Assembly (NCBI RefSeq): GCF_004010195.1
Contig: NC_057719.1
Location: forward strand, 46,836,222 to 46,856,221
Length of the DNA: 20,000 nt
Source: Chiloscyllium plagiosum
Lineage: Eukaryota
Reading direction: 5' to 3'
Positions within the stretch are counted from its first letter, which is position 1. Each line of letters opens with the position of its first letter. The position numbers were made by a program, and so were the translations under genes. Positions 1 to 9,810 of the stretch are shown here, in pieces. The notes beneath the pieces are model-generated. The model was not told the DNA's origin and searched no databases. It saw nothing but the letters and a program-made list of their open reading frames with translations.

Positions 1-224
1 GATTCTGCACTTTTTGTTTATGTATTAAGAGGTCACAGCACCAATATAGATTACTGATGCAGTTCCAGTGACTTATATTTTCATGACCCTTTTTAAATAC
101 CTCAGCATCAAATGTCAGACCGCAATTTGTCACAAATAGGCATTTGCTGTATTGTGTAGCAATTTAAGTCAAGTTAATTGCAGATGTACCACCTTGAGTG
201 GTGCAAATGGTGTTGTGGTTTCAT

Positions 225-1010
225 TTTTGCTTGAACTTCATTTCAAACTTTGCTCCAATTTGAGATTTTAATTCTTTTCCAGGTTTTTCACAAGAAAACA
301 TTTTAGCCAAATCACTATTATCATGTCGCTCCAACACTTTGACAGAGTTCCATCCCTGTATGTGATGTGTCAGGGTCAGAAATGCTTTGTGAATTGGCCT
401 CTGAATGATTCTTCAGTGGTGAGTATTGCCATGATGCGTGTGGGGCTTGCTGACATCAGTAATCAATAGTACCTATTTCTCTCGAAGACTTCAAGTCATC
501 AGCATGAATTTCTCGTCATTGGCACCATTTACAAACAGTGTTGGTCACTGCTGTTCACTGGGTTGTGGTGAGTAGCAATCAGTAATGCCATGCTGTGTGG
601 GTTCTTTCAAGCTTGAAGTGGTTGAGTGTGAATGAGGATATCATGCTTTCTGGTCCAACAGACTTGTTGAGTCAGTGAAATGAAGTTTATTGCATTACTG
701 AAATTGTGTATTACAAGAGATTGTTAGGACCACACTAGCCCTAGGTCTCTTTTGTATAAGCGTTTTCTTTACTCTAACCAGGACCCCATTCTTTCAACAT
801 CGTGGGTGGTGCTTCCTAAACTCAGTCAAGTAGGAACTCCTTCACACTGAAAGGCACTAAGTGCAAATGAAATATACATCTAATGTTGTCTGATGCTGTT
901 CATACCAGTGACCAAATATGTTCCACGCTTTTTATCATGGGTCAACACTTTGTTGTAAATGACAGGGATGCAGTACAAGTACAATTTGAAAATCATAATC
1001 CCAGAGATTG
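225..1010 (-). mobile_element. Possible highly decayed Gypsy-type integrase remnant
   Basis: The minus strand gives motif-like pieces in Gypsy pol order, across frames and stops: GIMIFKLYLYCIPVIYNKVLTH and TYLVTGMNSIR (cf. ...IPxxLxxxVL..H / VYWPGMNxDI), LKEPTQHGITD (cf. LKxxFARHGIPD), an SPH..SNG-like stretch and EVQAKMK. Similarity judged by eye only. Confidence 0.3.
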
Positions 1011-1299
1011 TCTCAGGATGTCAAGATCACTCGGACTGTTTGAAATGTTCAAAGTGCTGGCTGTGGAACAGCTGGATTAACCCTGGTGTCCTGCAGCTCG
1101 CTTCCCAGGGATTTGAGCTTCTTAAGGAACCTGCTAAAGAGCTGAAACATTCTGGAATGCAATGTTTCAAGTTAATTTCTGGTGTACAGCTGTCAGATTC
1201 ACTACAGAGAGCCACAAAATGTTTTTCAAATGATGGGGAAAGTTATGGGGCCCTCGAGTAATCTGCACTGCAACATGCCTTTCTTTGGTTCAATTGCTT

Positions 1300-1545
1300 C
1301 ATTCTGTGGAATTCTCTGCCCCAGAGTGTGATGGAAAATGAGCCATTGAGTAAGCTTAAGGAGGAGATAGACAGGTTTTTAAATAGGAATGTGTTGAATG
1401 GTTATAGAAAGCGGAGGTGAGGCCATCTGCAGTCCTCACTTTCTCCTCCATGATGAGATCAGCCATGATCATATCAAATGGCAGAGCTGACTTGAGGGAC
1501 TGAATTGCCGACTCCTTCTGCTAGGGTTCTGATGTTCTTATGTTC
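1300..1545 (+). mobile_element. CR1-clade LINE 3' end fragment
   Basis: ctgtggaattctctgccccagag...aaggaggagatagacaggttttt...gatcagccatgatcatatcaaatggc...tgaattgccgactcct...gttcttatgttc: end of ORF2 (WNSLP), 3' UTR and short tandem tail. Homologous to 14272-14430. Confidence 0.85.
1424..1448 (+). mobile_element. Tiny Penelope 3'-terminal fragment inserted in the CR1 3' UTR
   Basis: catctgcagtcctcactttctc matches the reverse complement of 15910-15931 at 21/22. It interrupts the CR1 sequence and cca(t) is repeated on both sides. Confidence 0.75.
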
Positions 1546-1968
1546 CCTAGCATTTGACTTGTTGCCGCTCTGTGGATTCTGTCTTTAACAAAGGCTGGCA
1601 CAGACCCTATTGTGTCCAACCAGCAATCAGGCTGCTGCCACTGAATGGAGGGGGCTTCCAGTCAACAGAACAGGGGGCCAGTGCTTACTCTGCTATTCTT
1701 TAACATTCTGCACCACTCCAATATCTGAAACTACATAGTTGCCAGCTCACTCTACAGAAGTGCACCCCCTTCAGAATGGAAGAATGTCACCTTCAGCCTC
1801 CTCTCATATTTGAGTTTTTTTTTATTTCAGTTGGTGCCTTCATCTTGAAGAATCCTCTCATTCACCTCCATCCATCAGCAGTTCCGACCTCTGTCAGTGG
1901 AGCTGTGGATATTTCAATGCTAGCCAGTACACCAGGGTTAACTCAGCTTCACATCAAACTAGCATCAT

Positions 1969-2138
1969 GACAGGTGCTCAGTCTGGCTGAAGATAGATAG
2001 ATAGTGCCTCCAGGATTGCAATACCGCACACCCTCAGCAATTTAGATCTCTAGAGATCAATCTAGATTTTTGTGCTTAAATCTCTGAAATTGGCCTTGAG
2101 GTACAACCTTCGGACTCAGAGTGAGAGTGCACAAACTA
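1969..2138 (-). mobile_element. DeuSINE (SacSINE1-like) 5' half with tRNA-derived head, inverted
   Basis: tctagatttttgtgcttaaatctct...ttgaggtacaaccttcggactcagagtgagagtgcac is co-linear, in the same orientation, with the head of the minus-strand copy at about 15208-15373. Confidence 0.7.
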
Positions 2139-2141
2139 AAA

Positions 2142-2412
2142 TGCCTCCTCAAGTGGATGGAAAGGATCCCACAGTACACCTTTGAGCAAGAACACAGAGT
2201 TATCTCTGGTGTCCTGATTGATAGTTATCCTCTAATCAACGTCACACATAATAAATCCCCAATTGCTGTTTGTGGATGCTGGTTGTGTGCAAATTGGCTG
2301 CTGCATTTCCTATATTACAGTAGGCAGTATGCTTCAAAGACTATTTCATTGCCTGTGAAACAATGTGGGACATTTGGTAGTAATGAAAAGTGCTATATGA
2401 ATGCAAGCTTTT
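2142..2412 (+). mobile_element. DeuSINE (SacSINE1-like) 3' half
   Basis: tgcctcctcaagtggatggaaaggatccc...ggtgtcctg...attgctgtttgtgg...gtgcaaattggctgctgcatttcct...aagtgctatatgaatgcaagcttt. It is the reverse complement of 14951-15207 and fits the remembered Deu-domain SINE consensus. Confidence 0.85.
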
Positions 2413-2951
2413 TGTTAAATCAGAGTCTATTAGTCCTAAGTAATGGCTGTAGGCATGGTTTATTTAATGTTAGACAAAGCTTTCAGGGTAAACCCTTCTT
2501 TGGTGGAAACATCCCGTATACAGTTACCAGACACTCCCAGATAATTCAGAGAATTCCTAAAGGTCATGTGTGAAGTAACAACAGTAGACAGCAGGATTTT
2601 CAAACAGTCTGAAAAGAGACCTAAGTCGTACTTTTTAAAAGAACACCAGCAGCTACTTGGCAGCTTGATATTATGAGGTAACCTTATGACTTAGCAATCC
2701 CACCGGGCAACTGTGCTTGACAGAAATGCAAATTGGAAATTTGGTTGTATGCTGTATACAATTTTCCAATCGTCAAACGATAATATTTAGCATATAAATG
2801 TACCAGACTTGTCAGCATACACCCCCTGTCAGAAACTGTACACTGACAAGCCTTTGCAACAAACAAAAATGATCTTATACTTTTTTTCATGGTGAATGGC
2901 CAATAGAGGTTTGTTTGGGTAGATTAAGTATTGTATATCACTTTCTATGCA

Positions 2952-3095
2952 CTCAAAAGGTGAAATGTTTCCGGCTGTGATATGCTCCACCTAGCAACCC
3001 TGACAAAACATGGTGCGTGCATTAGAATCTCTCAATTCTGAGACTTCAACTCGTGAACATCTGGTTGTAAAGCCAGTACTGTTACTATTGGGATA
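2952..3095 (-). mobile_element. Possible very old SINE head fragment
   Basis: Weak similarity (gagacttcaactcgtgaacatctggttgtaaagccagtactgttactattgg) to the SINE heads at 2062-2138 and 15290-15373. Confidence 0.3.
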
Positions 3096-3335
3096 CCATA
3101 AAGAGAGATCAAGAATCATATAAACTGTGGATCAAATTTCCTGTTTCCACATTCTTGTCCGAGTTTCACATTAGAGCTAAGAGCATAGGTCATGGAAATG
3201 AAGATATCTGGCTTGTAGCATGCACTTGGTTTGTGTCATAACAGCACCCATTAAATGTCAAACTTTTTTTTTAAATTAATGCACCTCGGCCAGTCACAGA
3301 TAAACTAAAGTCAATATGCACACACACCTAAACCA

Positions 3336-3375
3336 TTTCATATCCAACCCAGATGTGATGTAGACTGTCATTAAC
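3336..3375 (+). repeat. 40-bp dispersed direct repeat, copy 1
   Basis: atttcatatccaacccagatgtgatgtagactgtcattaa; 36/40 identical to 6896-6935. Confidence 0.85.
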
Positions 3376-4658
3376 CTATTGGGTTTTAGTTGTGATGTAA
3401 TCCTTTAGTCCTTTCACACCCAATTTCCAACATTTCTCTTAGTTGACTTCCCCTATAACATAGATGTCTCTTTTTCAGTTTTTACTTTTCTGTAAAATTT
3501 TATTTTAGTTTGTCGCTATCTTTTTTTATTTATTACTAAAGTCTGTTTAATGTCAAAATCCATATTATAAACGTGTCTGTTGAATTGCATATATGAGTAA
3601 TATACTTCCAGAATTGAGCTTGCAAGTTCTTTTTTGTTCATGCAGTATTTGAAAATGCTGTTCTTTTCTTTAAATAACCAAAGGTGGATTAGCACACTGC
3701 TTGATGTTTAAATAAACCTACTTTTTTTTTAAATTCAGAATCATCTTACCACACTTATCCCTAGAGGGCTCCACTGGACTTGTGGAACACCAGGTTGATA
3801 AAACAAATACCTGGTCCTTGCAGTTCAGAGCTTGTTCCTTCAATATTTGGATCATAGGAACTCAACATCTTCAGCTTTAAAATAGTTGGCTATCTAATGA
3901 TAAAACTTACATTCTAATAAAAGTGTTTTAACCATCAAAATGTATTGGTATTATCAATAAAGATCAGCAAAACAGACTGAATTATTATCAAAATGTGTGA
4001 AACTCATGTACATCCCTTTGTCAACATTCTGTAAATTATGGTTTATAAGTCAATCTGGTGTTTAAAATGATACAATTTTTGTCATGCCAAAAATCATATT
4101 CTTGCATATACTTGGGATATATAAATTGACCTTCCTTTTCAGCCATGGTACACTATACTTGCATTAGTAATCAACCTCAATTTCTCACCCACAAATGCAT
4201 GTTTACTTACCAGTACCTTATAATTGGGCACAAAGGATCAAGCAAGTGATACAAGCAGTGTTGCAAAGGTGAGAGAGAGGTTATGACATGCCCAATGTTT
4301 GCATTGGATGTTGATGATATCTCAAAATGGCAGCCACCCACACCCACATTGACAGCGAACATTTATACTTGACATATAAGTTGAGCTGTATGTTTGCAGG
4401 GTTTTTCTGTAGCTTCAGAAGTTGACTTACATGCTGAAAGCTACAGTAGCAGCTCATGTTTTCATACTGCAAAGTCTTTTTTTATTACATTACACTTCCA
4501 TAAAAAGACTCCAAAAACTTGAGACAGATTGGTGTTTTTGGAAACGGAAAAGGTTTTCTGAAGAAAGCTAATTACAATTGCATTGTGGAACTGAGAATGA
4601 CTACTTAAGGGAATTTTTTTACATATCAGAAATCACTAATTAAACACCATAAGGTCTT

Positions 4659-4775
4659 CATAGAATCACAGAATTGTTACAGTGCCAAAGAAGGCAGTTC
4701 AGCCCATCATGTCTGCACTCGCTATCTTAACCTCGTGCCAATCTCCTGTTGCCCCATAAATGCTGCATATTATTT
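4659..4775 (-). mobile_element. CR1-clade LINE 3' tail fragment
   Basis: catagaatcacagaattgttacagtgccaaagaaggcagttcagcccatc is the antisense of a CR1 tandem tail plus terminal stem-loop. Similar to 12407-12460. Confidence 0.65.
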
Positions 4776-5013
4776 TGTTGGCCTCAGTTAAATCTTTCAT
4801 CATTTTGCTCCTAGCATGTGAATTTTAAAAACCCATCCTTTGGAAGTTAGACAAGTTTAGATTAAACAAGGTGAGAGATGTAATTGAATTGAGATGCGCC
4901 ACCTTGAAGGACAAGCAAGCTACTCACTCGTCTGTATAATTCTCAAGTTTTTCAAAAGCAGGGAGCAATCTAGATTTCACTGCATAGAAAAGAGAGAACT
5001 AGAATTTATAGAT

Positions 5014-5463
5014 ATAGAGTCACAGAGACGTAGAGCACAGAAACAGACCCTTCCGTCCAACTCATCCATGCTGTCCAGAGACCATAAATTAAACTAGTCC
5101 CATTTGCCAGCATTTGGCCTTTGTCCCTCTAAATCCTTGCTATTCATATACCCATCCACATGCCTTTTAAATTTTGTAATGGTACCAGCATCCACCACTT
5201 TCTCTGGCAGCTTGTTCCAAACATGCACTGCCCTCTACATGAAAAAGTTGCCCCTTAGTTCCCTTTTAAACTTTCCCCTCTTACCTTAAACCTATGCCCT
5301 CTAGTTTTTGACCCCCCCTATCCTGGGGAAAAGACCTTGGCTGTTCACTCGATCAATGCCGCTCATAATTTTATAAACTTGTATAAGGACATCCCACAGC
5401 CTCCGACACTCCAGAGAAAATAGTCCCAGTCTATTTTCCCTGTAGTTCAAACTCAACAACCCT
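5014..5463 (-). mobile_element. HER1/CR1 LINE, 5'-truncated (ORF2 C-terminus plus 3' UTR)
   Basis: Reverse complement aligns along its length with about 12530-12979 (e.g. aaacagacccttccgtccaac, aaacctatgccctctagttt, cataattttataaac). Confidence 0.92.
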
Positions 5464-5856
5464 CATATCATTAAACACCTTCATATGTAATGATAAAACA
5501 GAGTGTTGAGTATTTATCATTAGTCTCCAATAAGACAGGGGTCTTCACCAATTTCTGACAGGTCCACAGTTAGCTATTATCAACATTTGGATTTGGAATA
5601 AATCATGTTCTCTGTTATAGTTATTATTTTTAAGAGAAATGGAATCAGGTCAAATTTTGAAATGTAAGTAGTAAAGTTAATTAGAGCTAAAAATCAAAAT
5701 TAAAATGTAGCAGTCCCATGACTCAAATCACACATATTGTACATTTAACCACATTAATTTACTCAGATTCCATCAATAATAAATAACAATCTACAATTTC
5801 CTTGCCCAGTCTTGCTGCCTCATCCACTTAATCCTCAAACTAACACTGTAGATATT

Positions 5857-6743
5857 GAAATAAAAGAACACTGCAAATGCTGGAAATCTAAGATAAAAAC
5901 AGCAAGTGGCATATATACTCAGCAAGTCAGGCATCATGTGTGGACAGAGGATGGAGTTAACACAGCAGATGTGATTTTCCATTTTGTAGTCTCAGTGTGG
6001 GGCTGAGCATGTTCAGTTGTACCTGACATACACTGAGAAATCCCAGGGGATCATGAGCCAATCAGTGGGCATTATAGCTGACCAGAGGCCCTCAAGGCCT
6101 ATCACGGGATCTGCCAGTGGAGTCCCACATGAGCAGAAGCACTCAAACTACAGCTTCAGGTTCCCAGTGACTGTCAGAAGGCCAAGTCTTTAGGGGATCC
6201 AATGGCAAGAAGGTAAATGGTTTCCTTTTGCTTCTCACAGGGTGGAGGTCATGGTGAAAGGGGTCAGGGGGCTCAGAGATCAAGGCAAAGGACTGGCTTT
6301 CTGAGGCCAGCTATGCTTCTGATTGCTCTCACGTAACAGTAAATGTAGCCCCCACCCTACCCACAACCCACTGGGAGATTTCCCTGGTTTCCCAGACAGA
6401 AAACCAAGCACTTTTCTTGGCTGTAGGCAAGACAAGTTACGTGGGAAGTAGTGATCTGAGGCCTTCAAGCAGCTGTTAATTGAACAATTAAGGGCCTTAA
6501 TTGCTGGTGAGTCAAGAAAGTCCCAAATGGACCTTCTGAGGAGGTGGCTAGAGGAGTGAGGATGGGGCATCACCTCCAGGGCTACATTGCACAGTTTCCC
6601 CTTCTTGTCACTCTTCCAGGGAGGACAAAATTCCACCCATAGTTCTGAAGAAGAATTATAATAGACTCAAAATATTTAGTGTTTCTTTTTCCAAAGATGC
6701 TGCCAGACTATGCCGAGTATTTCCAACGCTTTCTGTTTTTATT
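5857..6743. mobile_element. Penelope-derived inverted-arm element with TSD, containing a ~675-bp internal segment
   Basis: Left arm 5857-5962 (ctgcaaatgctggaaatct...actcagcaagtcaggcatc...gagttaac) and right arm 6641-6743 (agttctgaagaag...gatgctgccagac...ttctgtttttatt) are reverse-complementary Penelope ends. Flanked by actgtagatatt at 5845-5856 and 6744-6755. Confidence 0.85.
5966..6639. mobile_element. Probable non-autonomous DNA transposon (Harbinger-like MITE), decayed
   Basis: More GC-rich block between the Penelope arms. Right end ggacaaaattccaccc has a degenerate counterpart gatgtgattttcc on the left; internal near-palindrome caattaagggccttaattg. Family assignment is from memory. Confidence 0.45.
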
Positions 6744-6895
6744 ACTGTAGATATTAAAATCAGTTAAGAAACCACAGAACACTTTACTATTCCACCCGCT
6801 GAAGCATCAATCTTAAGCATGAAGAAATGCTAACCATAGGACTAGCAAGTTAGGACAGGTCCAACTAATGGAAGTTAAAGAATCATGTTGTTTTA

Positions 6896-6935
6896 ATTTC
6901 ACACCCAACCCAGATGTGAAGTAGTCTGTCATTAA
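6896..6935 (+). repeat. 40-bp dispersed direct repeat, copy 2
   Basis: atttcacacccaacccagatgtgaagtagtctgtcattaa; 36/40 identical to 3336-3375. Confidence 0.85.
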
Positions 6936-7289
6936 TACCACCCTCCACCCACTTCAATTGCTTTGTGGGAGGTACTGAGTGGGTTGCATCTGACCATATT
7001 CCAGCATGAACCATTATCAGAAAGGACAACAAAGGAAAAATTTGGTATTGATAGGAATGGCAGAGTTAATGTTGAAATCTCTACTTCTTCTTCCTGTTTC
7101 TAAAATTACCCTATATTACAAATTGATTGCTAGTTGTATCTGCTACTGCAGACTGCACAAAGCAACTTATGATATATATGAAAATTACTGAATGCCAAAT
7201 GTAGCAACAAAAGTATGTGTGCTAAACTAGTGAGCAGTGACACCAAGATTACAAACAAACTGGCTTAATCTCAGGCTGCTGTCAGGAAT

Positions 7290-7400
7290 AGGGATGGTGT
7301 CAGTAATTTGGGAAGGATAGTACATCTCTTTCCCTGAAGAACTTTAGCAAAGCATTTGGATTTTATGACCATGAATAATAGCTTCATGGGACTGAATTTA
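7290..7400 (-). mobile_element. Old fragment of the tRNA-SINE family seen at 8251-8567
   Basis: gggaaggatagtacatctctttccctgaagaactttagcaaagcatttggattttatgac...gcttcatggg aligns with 8367-8447. Confidence 0.6.
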
Positions 7401-8250
7401 CCAGTTTCTGAATGATGTGGACAATGGTCAATCAGATGAGAAAGTATGAGATCTGTGACATCAAGGGAAAATGTCAGATTTTGCACATGAGATTATAGTG
7501 GTGAGATGAGAATTTCACATGTGAGTATTGAGGGGCCTAGTTTATGCTGCAAATCACTGGTATCTTCTCTATGTATCCATCTTGGCCAGCATTCCCTAAC
7601 AACTCAGGGCAGGTGCATGGGCAGCAACCTGCAAGCTTCGTCCATAGAGGCTGGCAATAGGCATGTACCAGCCTTACCACACCATCATGATATATTTCCA
7701 ACTCATTTATAATGCCGTTCACCACTTCAGTACTGCACTTTGGAGCTCCCCAATGCCTGGCATTGCAGTGTTTCTGCCAAGCTGCTTTGTACGCAATATC
7801 ATAGATTAGACCAGGATGAATCTCAGGGCTTTTAGTTTTCTTTCTTTGTACCTACTTGATTGCTCACAGCATCTCTGCCTTGTCTTTTTGTATACTGACA
7901 TCTCATTCTTAATTTAAAGGCTCATAGTAGTTCTGCCTTGTCTCACTGTTTCGTGACTTCAGAAAGTCAGGCAGCTTGTCATGTTTGCCAGCACTGATCA
8001 GTCAAGGCAGATAAGTTGCTGTACTGTACCATATTCCAACAATGGTCAGACCTGAACAGGCACCAGCAGCTTATATAGCAAACATATATATGAATGTGCT
8101 TCAACCAAGTGAATATGTCTTAAAGTCTAAGGGGAACAGTCATCAGTTAAGTCAAGAGGAACTGTCCTCAGTATAGGGTAGCACAGTTAAACTCCAGTTT
8201 CTGGGGAAAGTTAGCACATGTTCACCGTTGCTAAGAATGGCTTTCAGTTA

Positions 8251-8567
8251 TTTTTTATTCATTTACAGAATGAGGGCTTCTCTGGCTAGGCCACATTTAT
8301 TGCATAGAAGACTGTTAGGAGTCAACCACATTGCTGTGGGTCTGGAGTCACATGTAGGCCAGACCAGGTAAGGGTGGCAGTTTCCTTCCCCAAAGGACTT
8401 TAGTGAACCAGATGGGTTTTACTGACAATTGACAATGGATTCATGGGCCATCTGCAGCCATCTTCCAGCCATCTGCAGTGACAGGTTTCAAACTCAGATC
8501 CCTAGAACATTACCTGGGTCTCTGGATTAACAGTCTAGCAAAAATATTACTAGGCTATCACCTCTCC
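8251..8567 (-). mobile_element. tRNA-derived SINE, near full length
   Basis: On the minus strand: box A-like tagcctagtaa, box B-like gagtttgaaacc, body aaacccatctggttcactaa...ggtctggcctacatgtgactccagacccacagcaatgtggttgactc, and A-rich tail gaataaaaaa. Confidence 0.85.
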
Positions 8568-8668
8568 TTAGTTCTAGATTTAGTCATTGAATCTCAATTC
8601 CACCAGTTGCATCGGTTGGATTTGAAGATGTGTCCCAAGAGCATTAGCCAAACTCTCTAGATTATTAG

Positions 8669-8813
8669 GTCTGCGGATGCTGGAGATCAGAGTTGAGAGT
8701 GTGTTGCTGGAAAAGCACAGCAGATCAGGCAGCATCCGAGGAGCAGGAAAATAGACGTTTCGGGCAAAAGCCCTTCATCAAGAAAAATGTCGATTCTCCT
8801 GCTCCTCAGATGC
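8669..8813 (-). mobile_element. Short hairpin-shaped Penelope end with 14-bp TSD
   Basis: Homologous to 19235-19326 and 15910-16024. 8785-8812 is an inverted copy of 8733-8760. TSD ctctag(a/g)tta(t/c)tag at 8655-8668 and 8814-8827. Confidence 0.9.
8754..8781 (-). ncRNA. Minimal hammerhead-ribozyme-like core (Penelope-associated), C3U variant
   Basis: Minus strand reads UUGAUGA-A-GGGC-UUUU-GCCC-GAAAC-GUC: hammerhead core, perfect stem II, palindromic ACGU stem III and GUC triplet. Stem I is poor in this copy. Confidence 0.7.
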
Positions 8814-8974
8814 CTCTAGGTTACTAGTCCAGTTAATAACACTACGCCATTGTCTCAGGTAAGCAGTCTGCTAGATTAGCAATAGCAAAGCCATCAAAAG
8901 GGACAGTGATTAAATAGAGCTGACAGCGGTCACCATACATGTGAAAGTAAGTCTCCTCTTTTAAATAATGTCAT

Positions 8975-9300
8975 TAAGGGACAAGATGTGGATGAAAGCA
9001 GAAAGGAGTCATAGATTATTGAAAGCGTAGGTAGTGTTGTGGTAGTGGGAAAAAAAGATTAGATCAGCAAGAATGGAACCAGATGGGAGCTACCCCAACC
9101 TGAATAAGAATGGAGGAGAGGTTTGAAGATGATGGTGTGGTCAGCTGAAGCAAAGGCTGCAGCCAGGTCAAAAAAGACCAGGAGGGAAAGGTTCTCATTG
9201 TCACAATCATAACGAATGTTATTGTTTTATTTTAATTCCTGTTTTGATACTGTGACAGGTGGGGAGACCTAATTGGACAGTACATTGAAGAAAGGTAAAT
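8975..9300 (-). mobile_element. L2-clade LINE reverse transcriptase fragment
   Basis: Minus strand: VQLGLPTCHSIKTG ... IRYDCDNENLSLLVFFDLAAAFASADHTII ... APIWFHSC*, matching QSGFRxxHSTETAL / LLDLSAAFDTVDH / WFxSYLS. Frameshifts and stops present. Confidence 0.85.
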
Positions 9301-9694
9301 GAAGGTATTTCTGAAGAGCAATATACAGAGAGGGTCCTTTGTTTACTGGAGCCCATGATGTAAAACATTCTGTGGCAGACATCATAATGAACTCCTGTTA
9401 AAAGTGTGTAAAACTGCCTCTTTATTCAGTACAGTCCTAGAATTCCAATACTTAAAATTGTAATGTCTCTAACAGCTGAATGATCAATATTATGCTAATG
9501 AGAAAGAAGACAACAGTAAACACACCCGTACATTAAACCTGTTTTGAAAATCTTGGGAAACAGACTGATTTCATAATAATCATATCTTTTACTCTTCTTC
9601 CCCATCCCACACAACAATGGCATGTTCCCATAGCTTACAGCGACCTTTCAAAATGTGATAAGTAAGACAAAAAACTTACATTTTCTCCTCACCA

Positions 9695-9810
9695 AACCAG
9701 AAGCACCAGGGTCTGCTATAGTCCAATAACAACATCCTGACTGAGATCAGCAGACATAGCACAGACCAGGAGTCAGTCTTTCTGGTTTCTACAGTTCAGA
9801 AACACTAGAT
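9695..9810 (-). mobile_element. Fragment of another old SINE-like repeat
   Basis: gactgagatcagcagacatagcacagaccaggagtcagtctttctggtttctacagttcag resembles the antisense of the head at about 15515-15600. Confidence 0.4.

Larger units (their letters stand above)
8572..8856 (-). mobile_element. Second, older head of the same SINE family, split by a Penelope insertion
   Basis: ttgaatctcaattccaccag...gatttgaa...gagcattagcc...ctctagattattag resumes after the insertion as ctctaggttactagtccag...aacactacgccattgtctc. Co-linear with 8460-8567. Confidence 0.7.

Noticed and set aside
883..1261. Overlapping ORFs 883-1080, 959-1261 and 1027-1215
   Set aside because: No recognisable domain and no convincing splice sites; consistent with chance ORFs.
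2121..2573. Longest ORF (150 aa, plus strand)
   Set aside because: It runs through a SINE body and across its inversion junction; no protein resemblance.
3739..3876. Exon-like segments on both strands (LKMLSSYDPNIEGTSSELQGP; IILPHLSLEG...) and a 7-bp hairpin accaggt/acctggt
   Set aside because: Short, no recognisable homology, and no partner exons can be identified.
4206..4472. Minus-strand donor-like site (gtaagt) with nearby ORF
   Set aside because: No acceptor gives an open, meaningful exon ending at this donor.
6280..6636. 118-aa minus-strand ORF
   Set aside because: It lies in the putative MITE interior and has no transposase motifs.
8447..8480. Threefold gccatct micro-repeat
   Set aside because: Local slippage at a deletion point inside the SINE; not an array.
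8480..8567. tRNA-like box A/B sequences (also near 15320-15373)
   Set aside because: SINE heads; no cloverleaf can be built, so not tRNA genes.
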